Assembly: GCA_048213135.1 (NCBI GenBank)
Contig: PS015471.1
Location: 44,583 to 79,375 of the forward strand
Source of the DNA: Reclinomonas americana ATCC 50394
Taxonomy: Eukaryota
Direction of reading: 5' to 3'
Length of the DNA: 34,793 bases
Positions 1-12,600 of the stretch are shown piece after piece. Every line of letters starts with the position of its first letter. Position 1 is the stretch's first letter. A model generated the notes under the pieces. The model worked only from the letters and a program-made list of their open reading frames with translations. It was not told where the DNA came from and ran no database searches. Both the position numbers and the translations under genes were made by a program.

Positions 1-16
1 CTCTCTCTCTCTCTCT
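1..16. repeat. (CT)n microsatellite, probably intronic
   Basis: ctctctctctctctct at the window start. Confidence 0.9.
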
Positions 17-39
17 TCCGTGTTGATCGCGTCGCTCAC

Positions 40-125
40 ATCTTGAGGGTGAAATAGGTGTGGGGCGTGGCGTACAGTCCGACTGGTGCCGAAATGGTCT
101 CGGTCGGCAGCGATCGGCAAATCAT
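40..125 (-). CDS. Possible first exon of an unknown gene running off the left edge
   Basis: ATG at 125 opens MICRSLPTETISAPVGLYATPHTYFTLK and ends at a GTGAGC donor (39), followed by a (GA)n tract. No recognisable family; frame uncertain. Confidence 0.25.
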
Positions 126-283
126 CAAATACACTTGCGTGGTCGACGTTGGTGCGGGCGCGGGCGGCGTATGAAAGCGCGTGGACACACACCGCGTGTA
201 CACACGTCTGCTCCGTCGAATCAAGTAAGGAAAATATACAAGCCACACTGAAAAAAACAACAACACTCGCTCGTCAGAGGTTT

Positions 284-3200
284 TTACTTGTCGAGCAAGT
301 CGTCCAGCGATTCGATTTCGGGATCTGGGTCGTCGGCGGCCACGGTAGCAGTCGAGCCGCGAGACGACAGTGCAGAAGAGGAGCCAGATGATGAGGCTCC
401 CTTCTTGTCGTCCTTCTTGTCATCCTTCTTGTCGTCCTTCTTCATCCACTTGAAGGGCGAGAGGAAGTTGGCCAGCATGCCACGCTTCTTCTTGGATCCG
501 TCACCGTCGCCGCCCTTGTCCTTGTCTGCGGCTGCACTGTCGCCAGGAGCCGATGGGGACGACGGGCCGGCGCTGCCCAGAGGCGATTCAGAATCGGGAG
601 GAGTGCCTTCCGCGTGCGCAATCAGGGCCGCGGAGGCCGTGGTGGACGACGACGAGGAAGAGGAGGAAGAAGCGCCGCCGCCGCCACCGCCAAGAACAGC
701 TTCGGCCGAGAGCGTGGGCTTGGCGTTGTACCGCGCCTGGAACTCGGAGGGCAGTCGATTGAGCATCTCGTCGCGCAGCAGTGTCACGTCCTTGGACTGT
801 GCCGACGACAGCGACGATGTCCACGCCATCATCTCGGTCAGCGACGGCAGGACGCGATCCGTAATCAACTCATTTGGTACGGCTGCAATGGGGCACAGAG
901 TTCAGCCACGGTTGCTGCTGTGTTCTTCACGCATGCGCCGCACGCAACTGCTTCCCATGACAGCGCGGAAGCACTCAATGAGACCGGTGAGCCAGGCCTT
1001 TCGCTTGGCCTTGGAGTCGAGTTCGCGCAGACGGTAGGGGACCATGGTGAATCTTGGAATCAAGACTGTCGCAGGGGGAATGGAAAAGAATCAGTGGTCC
1101 GCCAGCCAGCCTGTCTGCTTCTCTTCGACTTGCACGACAACGCAACAGTTTTCACGAATCTTCTCGTGAACATTCGGCAGTGCCTCCGAGAACGACGTGA
1201 GCATCTCCTCAATGGCCTCGAAACTGGCCCCGTCAAGCAAGCTGTCCATCACAGTTTGCACACGATCGACCACCGGCTGCGACAATCAACGGCGGTGGAT
1301 GAGCCACCAGTGCACTGCAGAAGAATCAGCAACGCGAAACTCACCGACAACGCGTTGACCGAGTTCAGCACCACCGTGAGAGCACGGATCAGTGCACAGC
1401 GGACCTTGGGTGTCTCGTCGGATCCGAAAGTGATGAGCGCAGGCAGCACACGGTTGGAGATCACATCTTCCGATACTTGATCCACCAATGCGCTGAAGAC
1501 AGAAATGAGGATCACGCGCACATTGGCCTCGGGTCGCACCACCAGGTGCCAGAGGGCAACCAGCACCGATTCGGCCAGCGATCGCGACACCGACCTGCAG
1601 CACAATCAGTGTTGTTCTCACAAAGATGAGAAGAGAACCAGCCGACGCAACACTGCATGTCGAACCGCCTCGCACAGCACTTGCGGAGACTCTGCATCCC
1701 ATCGCTTGTCGCCAGACGCCATCTGCGACACGGTAATCTCCAAAAACGTAGTCACATTGGCCTCGTTGATGACGGGCAACACGCCCGACAGGAACGTCAG
1801 CAAAATCGTCTTGCGCGCTGTGCGTCGTCGCGTCAGCATCGTGCGACCAGAAACCACTGTAGCCNNNNNNNNNNNNNNNNNNNNNNNNNNNNNNNNNNNN
1901 NNNNNNNNNNNNNNNNNNNNNNNNNNNNNNNNNNNNNNNNNNNNNNNNNNNNNNNNNNNNNNNNNNNNNNNNNNNNNNNNNNNNNNNNNNNNNNNNNNNN
2001 NNNNNNNNNNNNNNNNNNNNNNNNNNNNNNNNNNNNNNNNNNNNNNNNNNNNNNNNNNNNNNNNNNNNNNNNNNNNNNNNNNNNNNNNNNNNNNNNNNNN
2101 NNNNNNNNNNNNNNNNNNNNNNNNNNNNNNNNNNNNNNNNNNNNNNNNNNNNNNNNNNNNNNNNNNNNNNNNNNNNNNNNNNNNNNNNNNNNNNNNNNNN
2201 NNNNNNNNNNNNNNNNNNNNNNNNNNNNNNNNNNNNNNNNNNNNNNNNNNNNNNNNNNNNNNNNNNNNNNNNNNNNNNNNNNNNNNNNNNNNNNNNNNNN
2301 NNNNNNNNNNNNNNNNNNNNNNNNNNNNNNNNNNNNNNNNNNNNNNNNNNNNNNNNNNNNNNNNNNNNNNNNNNNNNNNNNNNNNNNNNNNNNNNNNNNN
2401 NNNNNNNNNNNNNNNNNNNNNNNNNNNNNNNNNNNNNNNNNNNNNNNNNNNNNNNNNNNNNNNNNNNNNNNNNNNNNNNNNNNNNNNNNNNNNNNNNNNN
2501 NNNNNNNNNNNNNNNNNNNNNNNNNNNNNNNNNNNNNNNNNNNNNNNNNNNNNNNNNNNNNNNNNNNNNNNNNNNNNNNNNNNNNNNNNNNNNNNNNNNN
2601 NNNNNNNNNNNNNNNNNNNNNNNNNNNNNNNNNNNNNNNNNNNNNNNNNNNNNNNNNNNNNNNNNNNNNNNNNNNNNNNNNNNNNNNNNNNNNNNNNNNN
2701 NNNNNNNNNNNNNNNNNNNNNNNNNNNNNNNNNNNNNNNNNNNNNNNNNNNNNNNNNNNNNNNNNNNNNNNNNNNNNNNNNNNNNNNNNNNNNNNNNTGC
2801 AGCTGGCTCGACTTGGAAGAGAGCACGGCGATGGCGTACCCACTTGGAAAGCGCTGGCATCAGGTGCGCAAGAGTGGCCGAGTGCACCGTCGACGACGAG
2901 TCGCCGAGTGCTGCGCGCGTCATGTCCAGCACCTGTGATGACGAGAGCTGCATGAGGATGGTGCACAAGTAAAGCCTCTCATGATCAAAGTGTACAGCGG
3001 CCCACACACCTCTCCCAGTTTGTTGGTGGTCGACATCTTCTCCAGCAGTCTGGACAGACTGACAATGGTGGCCTCACGCACCAAATCAGACTGATCGTGC
3101 AAGAGTTGCGAGAGGATCGGCAACACCAGTGACTCGCGCATGGTGGGCTCCACAAACGATCCAAGACGTCCGCACGCCTCCGCCACCAGTAACCGTCGCT

Positions 3201-5558
3201 CCTCAATCTGATGCGTGACTTGTTCGCACATTTCAGGGAACAAGTCGGATTCGAGCCGCTGGAACGACGAGCGCTCCGACACCTCCACAAACGCCTCCAG
3301 AATGAGTCCGCGCTGCAATCAGCATGGCCACTGGTCAGTAACATTTCACCGACCGAGAAGGGAAAGGGATCGCACCTGTACACGATCTGGCTTGCGGACG
3401 AGATTAAAGAGTGCCAGAGTCAGTTCTTGGCGACGTTTGCTCTTCGGCAGCAACTCCAGCGTGCCCAGCAGCAACGGAATGAGGTCAGGTCTCTTTTGCA
3501 ACGCGACTCCGGGAATAAGATTGATCAGTGCGTCGGCCACCGACATGACAAACTCGGGCGACGCCGGTTTGACATCCACCTCCACCACGGCGGCGGCCGC
3601 TGCGGCCGTTGAGGGCGATGGACTTGAGGGCGAAGAAAGGACGACAGAGACGCCACCAGACGCTGCTGATGACGATGCTGGCGACACTGGCGAAGACTCT
3701 GCACCATGTGCAGCAGCTGCCGGAGGCGACGACGCAGCAGTGGCAGCAGCAGCGGCAGCAGCAGCGACGGCGGCAGCCGAGTCTGCGAATCATCATCACA
3801 CGTCACATGGACAAGCTCCAACTATATGCTGTGGTGGCATCATGTGCGCGACGCAACTGGCTGTCTGCAACTCCGCCGTCAAGTGCGTGACACGATGCAG
3901 TGCCGATGCGAGATCCGCTTGTGACTTGGCGAAATCATGCTCCAGCTTCTCAAGCTTGGTGGCCGCCGTGCGCAACTCGCTCTGCACATGCACTGCGTGA
4001 GGGAAGCTCGGCACCAACAACAGTCTAGAGCACGAGGAATGCTAGCGGACCGTCAACTGTTCTGTCTTGCGACGTGACGTGGGCATGCGATAGTAGCGCA
4101 GCAAGTACACCAAGTCCAGCGGATCGCCCCGCAATGTGCGACTTGATTTGGGATCCGGTACGGCCGTCTCGCTCGCCTGCACTCACACGCAATCATCGGT
4201 ATCAGAGGCGCCACTATGCTGGTCGTCGCTTCTCTCCCTCTCACACACACACTCACCTCGCCTGCTAATGTCACCGCCGTCACCTTGTAGCCATTGGCAC
4301 GCAAGTAGCTGGTCACCAGTGCATTCAGGAGCGCTCGTTCCACCGCCGCAATCGGCGCATGCAGCGCCTCCTGCACGCGCAGTGAGTGATACACATTTGC
4401 ACATGAGTGCATCTATGTGCATACGCAACATCCGACACTTCTTCCGCATCGTGCAGCGCCTGTGCATGCGCCGGTGAGTCGGGATGCTCCAACAGGCGCG
4501 CATCCGACGCAGAACCGGCTGCTGCCGTGGCCGGTGTGACGACCACCGTCGAGGCCGACGATCTCCTGGCGTCGGTGGACGACGACGAGGAGGATGCCGC
4601 TGTGACACACGTTGTTGTTGACAATAATAAGCTCACGATAAACGAACTGTGCGACGAGAGAAACCGACGCACCCGACGCCTTCTCCAGGGCGTTCGCCAG
4701 ATCATCGCGACACACCGACAGCTCATACTCTAGCTGCGCGATGCGTTTCCGATCGGCCTCGGCTCGCTTCTGCAACTCGGCATTGGCCGAACCCGCTGCC
4801 GACACAGTCACCGGCGCCATTGGCGGCCGCCCTCCACTCCCGTCGCCGGCACGGTGGCCGCCAACAGCCGGCGCCCCCTGCGATGACGTATCCGAGGATG
4901 AATCACCCGTTCCACCGCCGCCACCACCGACGCCAAGATACTGCTGTGGGCGTGCTCCGAGGCCCGGCGGCTGAGTGGCATCGGAGGACGACCGACCGCG
5001 CCGAACTGATGCCGCACAACGAAATGAGTGATCACGACCCGGTACGGCACTGGAAGAGATATAGGAGAGGCGTAACGGACACCACCGGCACCACTGCTGC
5101 CGATACCTCCACCGGCGCCACTCTGCGACACCACCTGCGTGGCATTGTTGACGGGCGGAAATCGCACAGAATCACTGAAAAAGGCCTGCAGTTTGTCGCA
5201 GTCTCGACCGCACTCGAGTAGCTCCTGCACGAATGATGACACACATACGCACACACGAATGAGTTTGGCGAAGGGCGTCTGCGTGTGTGTGTGTGTGTGC
5301 GTGCGAGAGGAATCCGCCACGGCGATCGCCCACACCCTCGCACACCCGCGGAAAAGACACACGTGGCACTCATCGCACAGGCACACGGAGACAGACGTGC
5401 ACATGAGACAGAGGGAGAGGGACGGAGAGAGGGAGAGTGTCGGAGAAGGGACGAAACCTCATCATGACACATTGACACTCAACTTGGCGCAGCTCGAGGG
5501 CGGCCAGGTAGAAGCCTTCGTCCAGGAGGTACGACGCCACCTGGTTGACGTCAACCAT
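284..5558 (-). CDS. RELCH: LisH + coiled-coil + HEAT-repeat protein (RELCH/KIAA1468 family), about 15 or more exons, interrupted by the gap at 1865-2797
   Basis: Spliced N-terminus VASYLLDEGFYLAALELRQ|ELLECGRDCDKLQAFFSD; LisH-like ERALLNALVTSYLRANGYKVTAVTLAGE; KRRQELTLALFNLVRKPD; HEAT motifs EERRLLVAEACGRL and LVLPILSQLLHDQSDLVREA; NRVLPALITFGSD. Frame is kept across GT-AG introns to TAA at 284. Confidence 0.88.
1865..2797. other. Assembly gap (other gaps: 9095-9618, 10722-11347, 13904-13973, 21026-21376, 24255-24994, 26511-26925, 33388-33407)
   Basis: Runs of N. Confidence 1.
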
Positions 5559-5664
5559 TGCGGGCGACGATGCACGTCAAAGATTGTGGGACAGATCGTG
5601 GTGACGTGTCGCATCGTTTGTCCTCACTTTCAATCTTCATAGTTTTTGAGCCGCCACCGTCATC
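5559..5664. promoter_or_regulatory. Probable bidirectional promoter RELCH/SNU13
   Basis: 106 bp between divergent ATGs; contains TGCACGTCA and GTGACGTGT. Confidence 0.55.
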
Positions 5665-6416
5665 ATGTCTGAGGGATCATCATCAGGAGTCAACGCCAAG
5701 GCGTACCCGCTTGCACCGCCGCAGCTGACCACCAAGATCTTGGAGTTGGTGCAGCAGGCCATGCAGTACCGCCAGGTCAAGAAGGGCGCCAACGAAGGTT
5801 TGTGCATTCTCCGCCACTCGACGAGGATAGAGGAAGAGAGAGCGATGCAGCAGTCGCCGTTCGTTTCTCATCGTCAGAAGAGAAGTGGGTGTGTGTGAGA
5901 GTCGATGTCGGTGTGCATGTGCATGTGCATGCGCAACTCTTTCCTCCCCCCACTACTGCTGATCCTTGCTCACTCTCTCTTTGTGTGTCTGTGTGCAGCG
6001 ACCAAGACGCTGAACCGCGGACAGGCGCAAGTGATTGTCATGGCGGCCGACACGGAGCCTCTGGAGATTTTGCTGCACTTGCCACTGCTGTGCGAAGACA
6101 AGGTGTGTGTGTGTGTGTGGTTTCTTTGCTTATGAATGTGTGATGCAATGAGTGGCTTATCATCGGTGTGTGTGTGTGTGTGTGTGCAGAACGTGCCGTA
6201 CGTGTTTGTGCCTTCCAAGTCGGCTCTCGGTCGCGCATGCGGTGTCAGCCGACCTGTGATCAGCGCCAGCATCATTGACGCTGGTTCGTGTCTGTGAACG
6301 AGAGTGTGCATCTGTGGTAGTGTACTGATTGATGTGTGTGTTTGTGTGCAGGTGGCAGCCAGTTGACAAACCAGATCAACGCGCTCAAGGATGAGATTGA
6401 GAAGCTGCTAATCTAA
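5665..6416 (+). CDS. SNU13: Snu13/15.5K (NHP2L1) U4/U6 and box C/D snoRNP protein, 4 exons
   Basis: Spliced product VNAKAYPLA...[16 protein letters not shown]...[44 protein letters not shown]...IEKLLI*. Introns 5798-5998, 6103-6189 and about 6284-6351. Confidence 0.97.
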
Positions 6417-6783
6417 GATAACACACCCTCCCTTGTTTTCCTCTTTGGCCTCTCTGCTGGGTGTCGCGTTGCTCGTCAATGTGGTGGATGGTTGGTGTGG
6501 TTGTTTGCGCTGAGGGGGCGCGCGCTCGGCGAGAGAGAATCAGAGTTGATGATGAGGGGCGTGGCAATTGTGATGTGTATTACATGACGGTCGTTGATGG
6601 TGATGGCATTGGTGGTGGGGTCTGTTCCCTCGCTATTGCCAAGTGATCCTCCTTGGGATTTCTCTGCCGCTCCGGGCGAACGTCGACTGCTATCGCGAGT
6701 CCTGTTGCGTCCACCAAGAGAGACGACGAGGGAGAGAGCACGCAATGTGCCTGTAGCCACCCGCTGCAACACACACAAAGGCC

Positions 6784-7677
6784 ATGGTGCGTGTGTGGTT
6801 TGTGCGCGTGGCGCCCGACGAAGAAGACGAAGGAGAGCAAAGCAAAAGGGAAGAAGAAGATCGCTTTGTCGCCGAACTGCGCAGGCAGTGGTCATCGTCG
6901 TTGCCGCCACTGGAGCAGGCGCGCGTGGTGCCTGTGCTGGCCACACGCTACCTATTCGACGAACCACCGAGTGCACAAGAGGTGGAGGATGTGATGCGGC
7001 AGCACGACGGACTCGTGTTGACCAGTCGCCGTGGTGTGGTCGGCTTTGCGCACTGGCTGCACCACGTGGGCTCGGTGCCGGCCGAGTGGCCCGTGTTTGT
7101 GGTGGGACCCAGTTGCGTCGCCGCATGATCATCATCGCTTTTTGTTTCCACTCCCCCCACTCACAGCTGGTAAGCAGCGACCGGCGCCGCGGCACAAGAG
7201 TTGCTGCACATCGATGCACAGCGCATGGTCGCTGTCACCGAGGGTGGCGCGAGTGCGCTGGCCGAGGCCATCATTGGTCGGGCGGCGAGCGCAGAGCCAG
7301 CTCGTCGTCTGCTCTTCCCGTGCGGACAACGCCGGCGCAACGAACTGGTCGACTTGCTGACGGCCGCCGAGGCCGCCACCGTCACCGAGCTGGTGGTCTA
7401 CGACTGCACACGCCGACTGTCGGCTGCAGAGGCCGGCATCAATGAAGAAGCCACGCCGCCCGACTGGCTGGTGGTCTTTAGCGGAGCTTGCGCCGAGGCT
7501 GTGTGCGATCTGCTTGGCGAGTGCGATCGGGTGCGTGGAGTCGTCGCTCTTGGACGCACCACCGCCGACGCGTGTCGTGCACTGGGTGTGTGGCCACCCG
7601 ACAGGATCCACACCGCCGCGTCGCCGTCGCCTGCAGACGTGGCGGCCGCACTTGTCCGTCCGTACGCGACTGAGTGA
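6784..7677 (+). CDS. UROS: Uroporphyrinogen-III synthase (HemD/UROS family), 2 exons
   Basis: Motifs VVPVLAT, DGLVLTSRRGV, VFVVGPT|TG, LLFPCG, RRNEL, ELVVY, PDWLVVFSG, VALGRTTA, AASPS. Intron 7112-7177 restores the frame. Confidence 0.8.
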
Positions 7678-7772
7678 ACGAATTTCCTCTTGTCATGCTT
7701 GTCTCACTTTGTCGCCTCGTTCCACCAAGAGCGTTGCTCTCCTCCTGCTCCTCCTCTGTTTCCCTCTCCTTC

Positions 7773-9094
7773 ATGGCCTCTGCTGCTTCATCGTCGTCTG
7801 GGGACCCTGCGCCTGCCGGCCGTGAAGGGCGTGGTCGCGGTGGCGGTCGTGGTGGTGGAGGTCGTCAAGCGCCGCCCCCAAAGAAGGCCGTTGCCACCTT
7901 TTCGTACCCACAGCAGGAGAGTGCCGAGGGTGTGCTGGTGGACATTGGCATCAACCTGCAGAACAAGCAGTTCCGCGGCGATGAGCTGAAGGTGGGAACA
8001 GAGAGTGCATGCATTCGTGTGTGCAGCTCGCTGACATGCTGGCGAGTGCAGGTGCTCGAGCAGGCGGCAGTGGCCGGTGTGCGTGGCATTGTCATCACTG
8101 GCACCTCGGTGAAGAACTCGCAAAAGGCGTTGCGCGTGCTGCGAGAGTACGGCACCGCGGCTGCGGAGATGGTGTGTGTGAGAAAACAACACCACTGTCA
8201 CCTCCCACTACATCGCTCACTGCGTGCACGACTATGCAGGGTCTCCAACTGTTCTCCACGGCCGGCGTACACCCACACGATGCGTCGTCGTGCGACGGCG
8301 ACACGCTGCGACAACTGACCGACATGCTGCGGGAGCCGAATGTGGTCGCCGTCGGTCCGTGTCTCTCCTTCTCTTCTTCATCGGTCTCCCGTCTCACCCG
8401 CTGCGTGCTGTAGGCGAGTGCGGACTGGACTTTGATCGCATGTTCAGTCCACGGGAGGTGCAGCTGGAGTGGTTTGAGCGGCAAGTGCGATTGGCGTGCG
8501 AGTTGCGCAAGCCGCTGTTCTTGCACGAGCGTGCGGCCGGCGCCGACTTTGTCGCCATCCTCGACAAGTTCAGCAGCGCCGAGTTGCCGCCCGTGTGTGT
8601 ACACTGCTACACGGGCACGGACGAGGAGCTGCAGGCGTACCTCGATCGCGGCTTCTACATTGGTATCACGGGATGGATTTGCGATGAGCGACGCGGCACG
8701 CACTTGCTCGAGTCTGTGAAGCGCATTCCGCGCGACCGGCTGATGATCGAGGTTGGATGTTGTCTCGCCCTCCTCCCCTGTGCATGTGTTCCCTCACCGC
8801 CTCGTCGTGCTCAGACGGACGCGCCGTTCTTGATTCCGCGCAACATTCGCCCCAAGCCCAAGTTCCACCGCAACGAGCCTGCTCTGCTGCCGTTTGTGTG
8901 CCGCATGATCTCCGAGGCTCTGGGCATGTCGTTCGACGAAGTTGCGTTCTGTGTGCACGGCGCACCGAGTCGAGTGGCCTTTCCTCATTTCACCGTTCAC
9001 AGGTGGCCACGATGACCACGGAAAACGCCGAGCGTTTCTTCGGCGTCAGCATCGACCGTGGAATCAGTCCCGCTGCGGCTGCTGCCGCCACCGT
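7773..9094 (+). CDS. TatD-family metal-dependent nuclease with RGG-rich N-terminus; 3' end in gap
   Basis: [74 protein letters not shown]. Five GT-AG introns. An in-frame upstream ATG lies at 7695. Confidence 0.93.
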
Positions 9095-9618
9095 NNNNNN
9101 NNNNNNNNNNNNNNNNNNNNNNNNNNNNNNNNNNNNNNNNNNNNNNNNNNNNNNNNNNNNNNNNNNNNNNNNNNNNNNNNNNNNNNNNNNNNNNNNNNNN
9201 NNNNNNNNNNNNNNNNNNNNNNNNNNNNNNNNNNNNNNNNNNNNNNNNNNNNNNNNNNNNNNNNNNNNNNNNNNNNNNNNNNNNNNNNNNNNNNNNNNNN
9301 NNNNNNNNNNNNNNNNNNNNNNNNNNNNNNNNNNNNNNNNNNNNNNNNNNNNNNNNNNNNNNNNNNNNNNNNNNNNNNNNNNNNNNNNNNNNNNNNNNNN
9401 NNNNNNNNNNNNNNNNNNNNNNNNNNNNNNNNNNNNNNNNNNNNNNNNNNNNNNNNNNNNNNNNNNNNNNNNNNNNNNNNNNNNNNNNNNNNNNNNNNNN
9501 NNNNNNNNNNNNNNNNNNNNNNNNNNNNNNNNNNNNNNNNNNNNNNNNNNNNNNNNNNNNNNNNNNNNNNNNNNNNNNNNNNNNNNNNNNNNNNNNNNNN
9601 NNNNNNNNNNNNNNNNNN

Positions 9619-12600
9619 AGCGCGGCACCAGCACGGCGGGTGGCATGGTGGCAAAGCCAGCCAGGCCCGAGTAGATGAAAGACAGGAATGCCGTGAACAC
9701 GAGCGGGTCGTTGTCCAGAGCCTCGAGTCCCGAATCACTCGACTCCAACATCTCCGAGCCCAACATGGCCGCAAAGTAGTCCGAGCGCGCCACGAGAACC
9801 TTTCGGCAGCACACACACACACACACACACAATTCCACATTAGACGACAATCACACATCGAGACTGAAGAGCGACGCAGAGAACCGACCTCCTTGTGCGC
9901 CAGCAATACTGACTGATCGCGCAACCGAATCACCAGGTCGCTGGTGGAGGGATCGTTGAGCACCGGTTGATCTGCAAAGGCGGCGGCACAGAGAGGGGGA
10001 GGTGAGATGCAGGTGCGTAACGACACGCAGGAGAACGAAATCACTGACGCACCGGCAGACGGCAAGAATGTGGAAGCATGCGGCACAAACACCGCACCGT
10101 CAACATCCATGTCACCGCCATCGGCACCTGCGCCACCGATCTCCGCAGTGGCCTCGGGTTTGTTGGCACCAAACACCGCCTTGCTGTGCTCCAGGACGTG
10201 GAAAAACACTACACACAGCAGACTGCCAGGTGAGAACAGCAGGCTGGTGGGTGGAGAACACACGCGCAGGTGACCGCACCATCCAGAATCTTGAAGACGC
10301 CGCAGTACTCGCCCAGCAACAGGTCTGAATGCTCGTTCAGGACCTGGAGGCACTTGACCACACCCAAGTGCACGGCCTTGGCATAGACCACCTGCGATGC
10401 GCAAGTGAGTGAGTGGCAAGGAAGCCGCACTGTGCAGTGAGAGGGGGGAGAGAGAGAGACAGAGGCGCACCTCACGAATGGGATTCTGGCCAAGGGGACT
10501 GCACAAGTGCGGGAAAGCACCACCCTCCAACAGCAGCTGTGCGATTTCGGCGTGACCGTGATGGATTGCCGTGTGCAACGGAGTCCACAGATTGCGATCC
10601 TGCGGCATGGTCAGTGAGCAATCAACCAGCAGTCGCTCAACCAGACAGCGTTTGCTCACCACTGCCATGAGATTGGCGCCGTATTTGAGCAGCGTGCGCA
10701 CAGTGGAAGCTTGGCCTGTTGNNNNNNNNNNNNNNNNNNNNNNNNNNNNNNNNNNNNNNNNNNNNNNNNNNNNNNNNNNNNNNNNNNNNNNNNNNNNNNN
10801 NNNNNNNNNNNNNNNNNNNNNNNNNNNNNNNNNNNNNNNNNNNNNNNNNNNNNNNNNNNNNNNNNNNNNNNNNNNNNNNNNNNNNNNNNNNNNNNNNNNN
10901 NNNNNNNNNNNNNNNNNNNNNNNNNNNNNNNNNNNNNNNNNNNNNNNNNNNNNNNNNNNNNNNNNNNNNNNNNNNNNNNNNNNNNNNNNNNNNNNNNNNN
11001 NNNNNNNNNNNNNNNNNNNNNNNNNNNNNNNNNNNNNNNNNNNNNNNNNNNNNNNNNNNNNNNNNNNNNNNNNNNNNNNNNNNNNNNNNNNNNNNNNNNN
11101 NNNNNNNNNNNNNNNNNNNNNNNNNNNNNNNNNNNNNNNNNNNNNNNNNNNNNNNNNNNNNNNNNNNNNNNNNNNNNNNNNNNNNNNNNNNNNNNNNNNN
11201 NNNNNNNNNNNNNNNNNNNNNNNNNNNNNNNNNNNNNNNNNNNNNNNNNNNNNNNNNNNNNNNNNNNNNNNNNNNNNNNNNNNNNNNNNNNNNNNNNNNN
11301 NNNNNNNNNNNNNNNNNNNNNNNNNNNNNNNNNNNNNNNNNNNNNNNGAAACGTGAGGAAAATGAGCAGGCCAGCGAACTCTCAACGTCGACCAACGCAC
11401 CGGTGCAACACAGCGAATTGCAGCGGTGTAAATTCGGCACCATTCAACGCATCAATGTCCTTGTACAGCGGCGCCAGATATCGCACACATCGGTCGCCGT
11501 AGCGAGCGGCAATGTGCAGCGCCTGCAAAAGCACAACAATTCAGCGGCCGACGAGACACAAAATGCGATTACAAACACACACACCGTGAGACCGTGCTTC
11601 TCCGTGCACAACAGATTGGCGCCGGCCTCCACAAGGCGCTTTGTGCATTCGACTTGGTCGCGGAAGCAACTAAAAATCAGGGGTGTTGAGTTGACATGAT
11701 CGCCCTCGTCCAGTCGAACCTGCGTTTCCACTCGGTCAGTAAGTACGCCCGGAATGTCATCGTCACGTGTGGACCGCCCATCGCAACTCTCTTCTCAATC
11801 AGCAAATCCAGCGCATGTGTGTTGCCGGCCAGCGATGCATTGTGAATCGGGCGGAAGCGATTCAGGTCCGGCGCATCTGGCTTGGCGCCACGCTCGTTCA
11901 ACAGCGTGCGCAGAATCTCGGGGTTGTCCTGTAAAACAAATGCGTGCATGAGGTGAGCGGAACCGAGGCAGAGAAGGCGATGACACTTTCACCAACCTTG
12001 AAGCAGAAGCAGGTGAGGTGCACCACCTCGATGCCCTTCGGGTCGCTCTTGGCGACATCGGTGCCGAACCGAAGGAGCAGGCGCACGAGTTCCTCATTCA
12101 TGCGCAAGCACGCCTCGGTCAGCACGCTGCACTCGGCCAGATCCAGAGCGTTTGGATCGGCTCCGTTTTGCAGCAAAAGTGCCGCGCAGTCCTGCTTCTC
12201 GGCAAACACTGCGTAATGCAGCGGTGTACCGCCTTCCCTGTCGCGCGCATTGACCTGCGCGCCCTGCTCCAACAGATAATTCACACAGTCCACGTTTCCA
12301 CCAGCAGCCGCCCAGTGCAACAAGGTGGCGCCGTTGCGACTGGCATGATGTACGGTGATGCGCGGCAAGATGCTGCATGATTGACAACAACAAACAAGAG
12401 AAAGCGTAGAGTCGCATCAGCAACTCTACTCGAGTGGCACACAAAGTGCGTGCGGCGCGTTACCGTTGGAGGGCCTTGATTTCGCCCTCGGCGGCCCAGA
12501 TGAATGCCATATCTTCGCGACAGAATCGCGGCAATAGTGACCGGATGCATGCACCCGGTGGCAGCCGCTCATACTCCTCCTCGGCCGACAGTCCACGATG

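Noticed and set aside
400-445. 12-bp tandem repeat encoding KKDD x3 in the RELCH tail
   Set aside because: Ordinary low-complexity slippage in a disordered C-terminus.
1286-3007. Long ORFs in the track containing runs of X
   Set aside because: Artefacts of translating through N gaps.
6540-6660. ATGATGA box-C-like word downstream of SNU13, a possible C/D snoRNA
   Set aside because: No CTGA box D or terminal stem at a suitable distance downstream.
7112-7177. In-frame stops splitting genes (e.g. UROS TGA at 7126), suggesting readthrough, pseudogenes or an alternative genetic code
   Set aside because: Every case traced falls inside a GT-AG intron that restores the frame, and TAA, TGA and TAG all serve as real gene ends.
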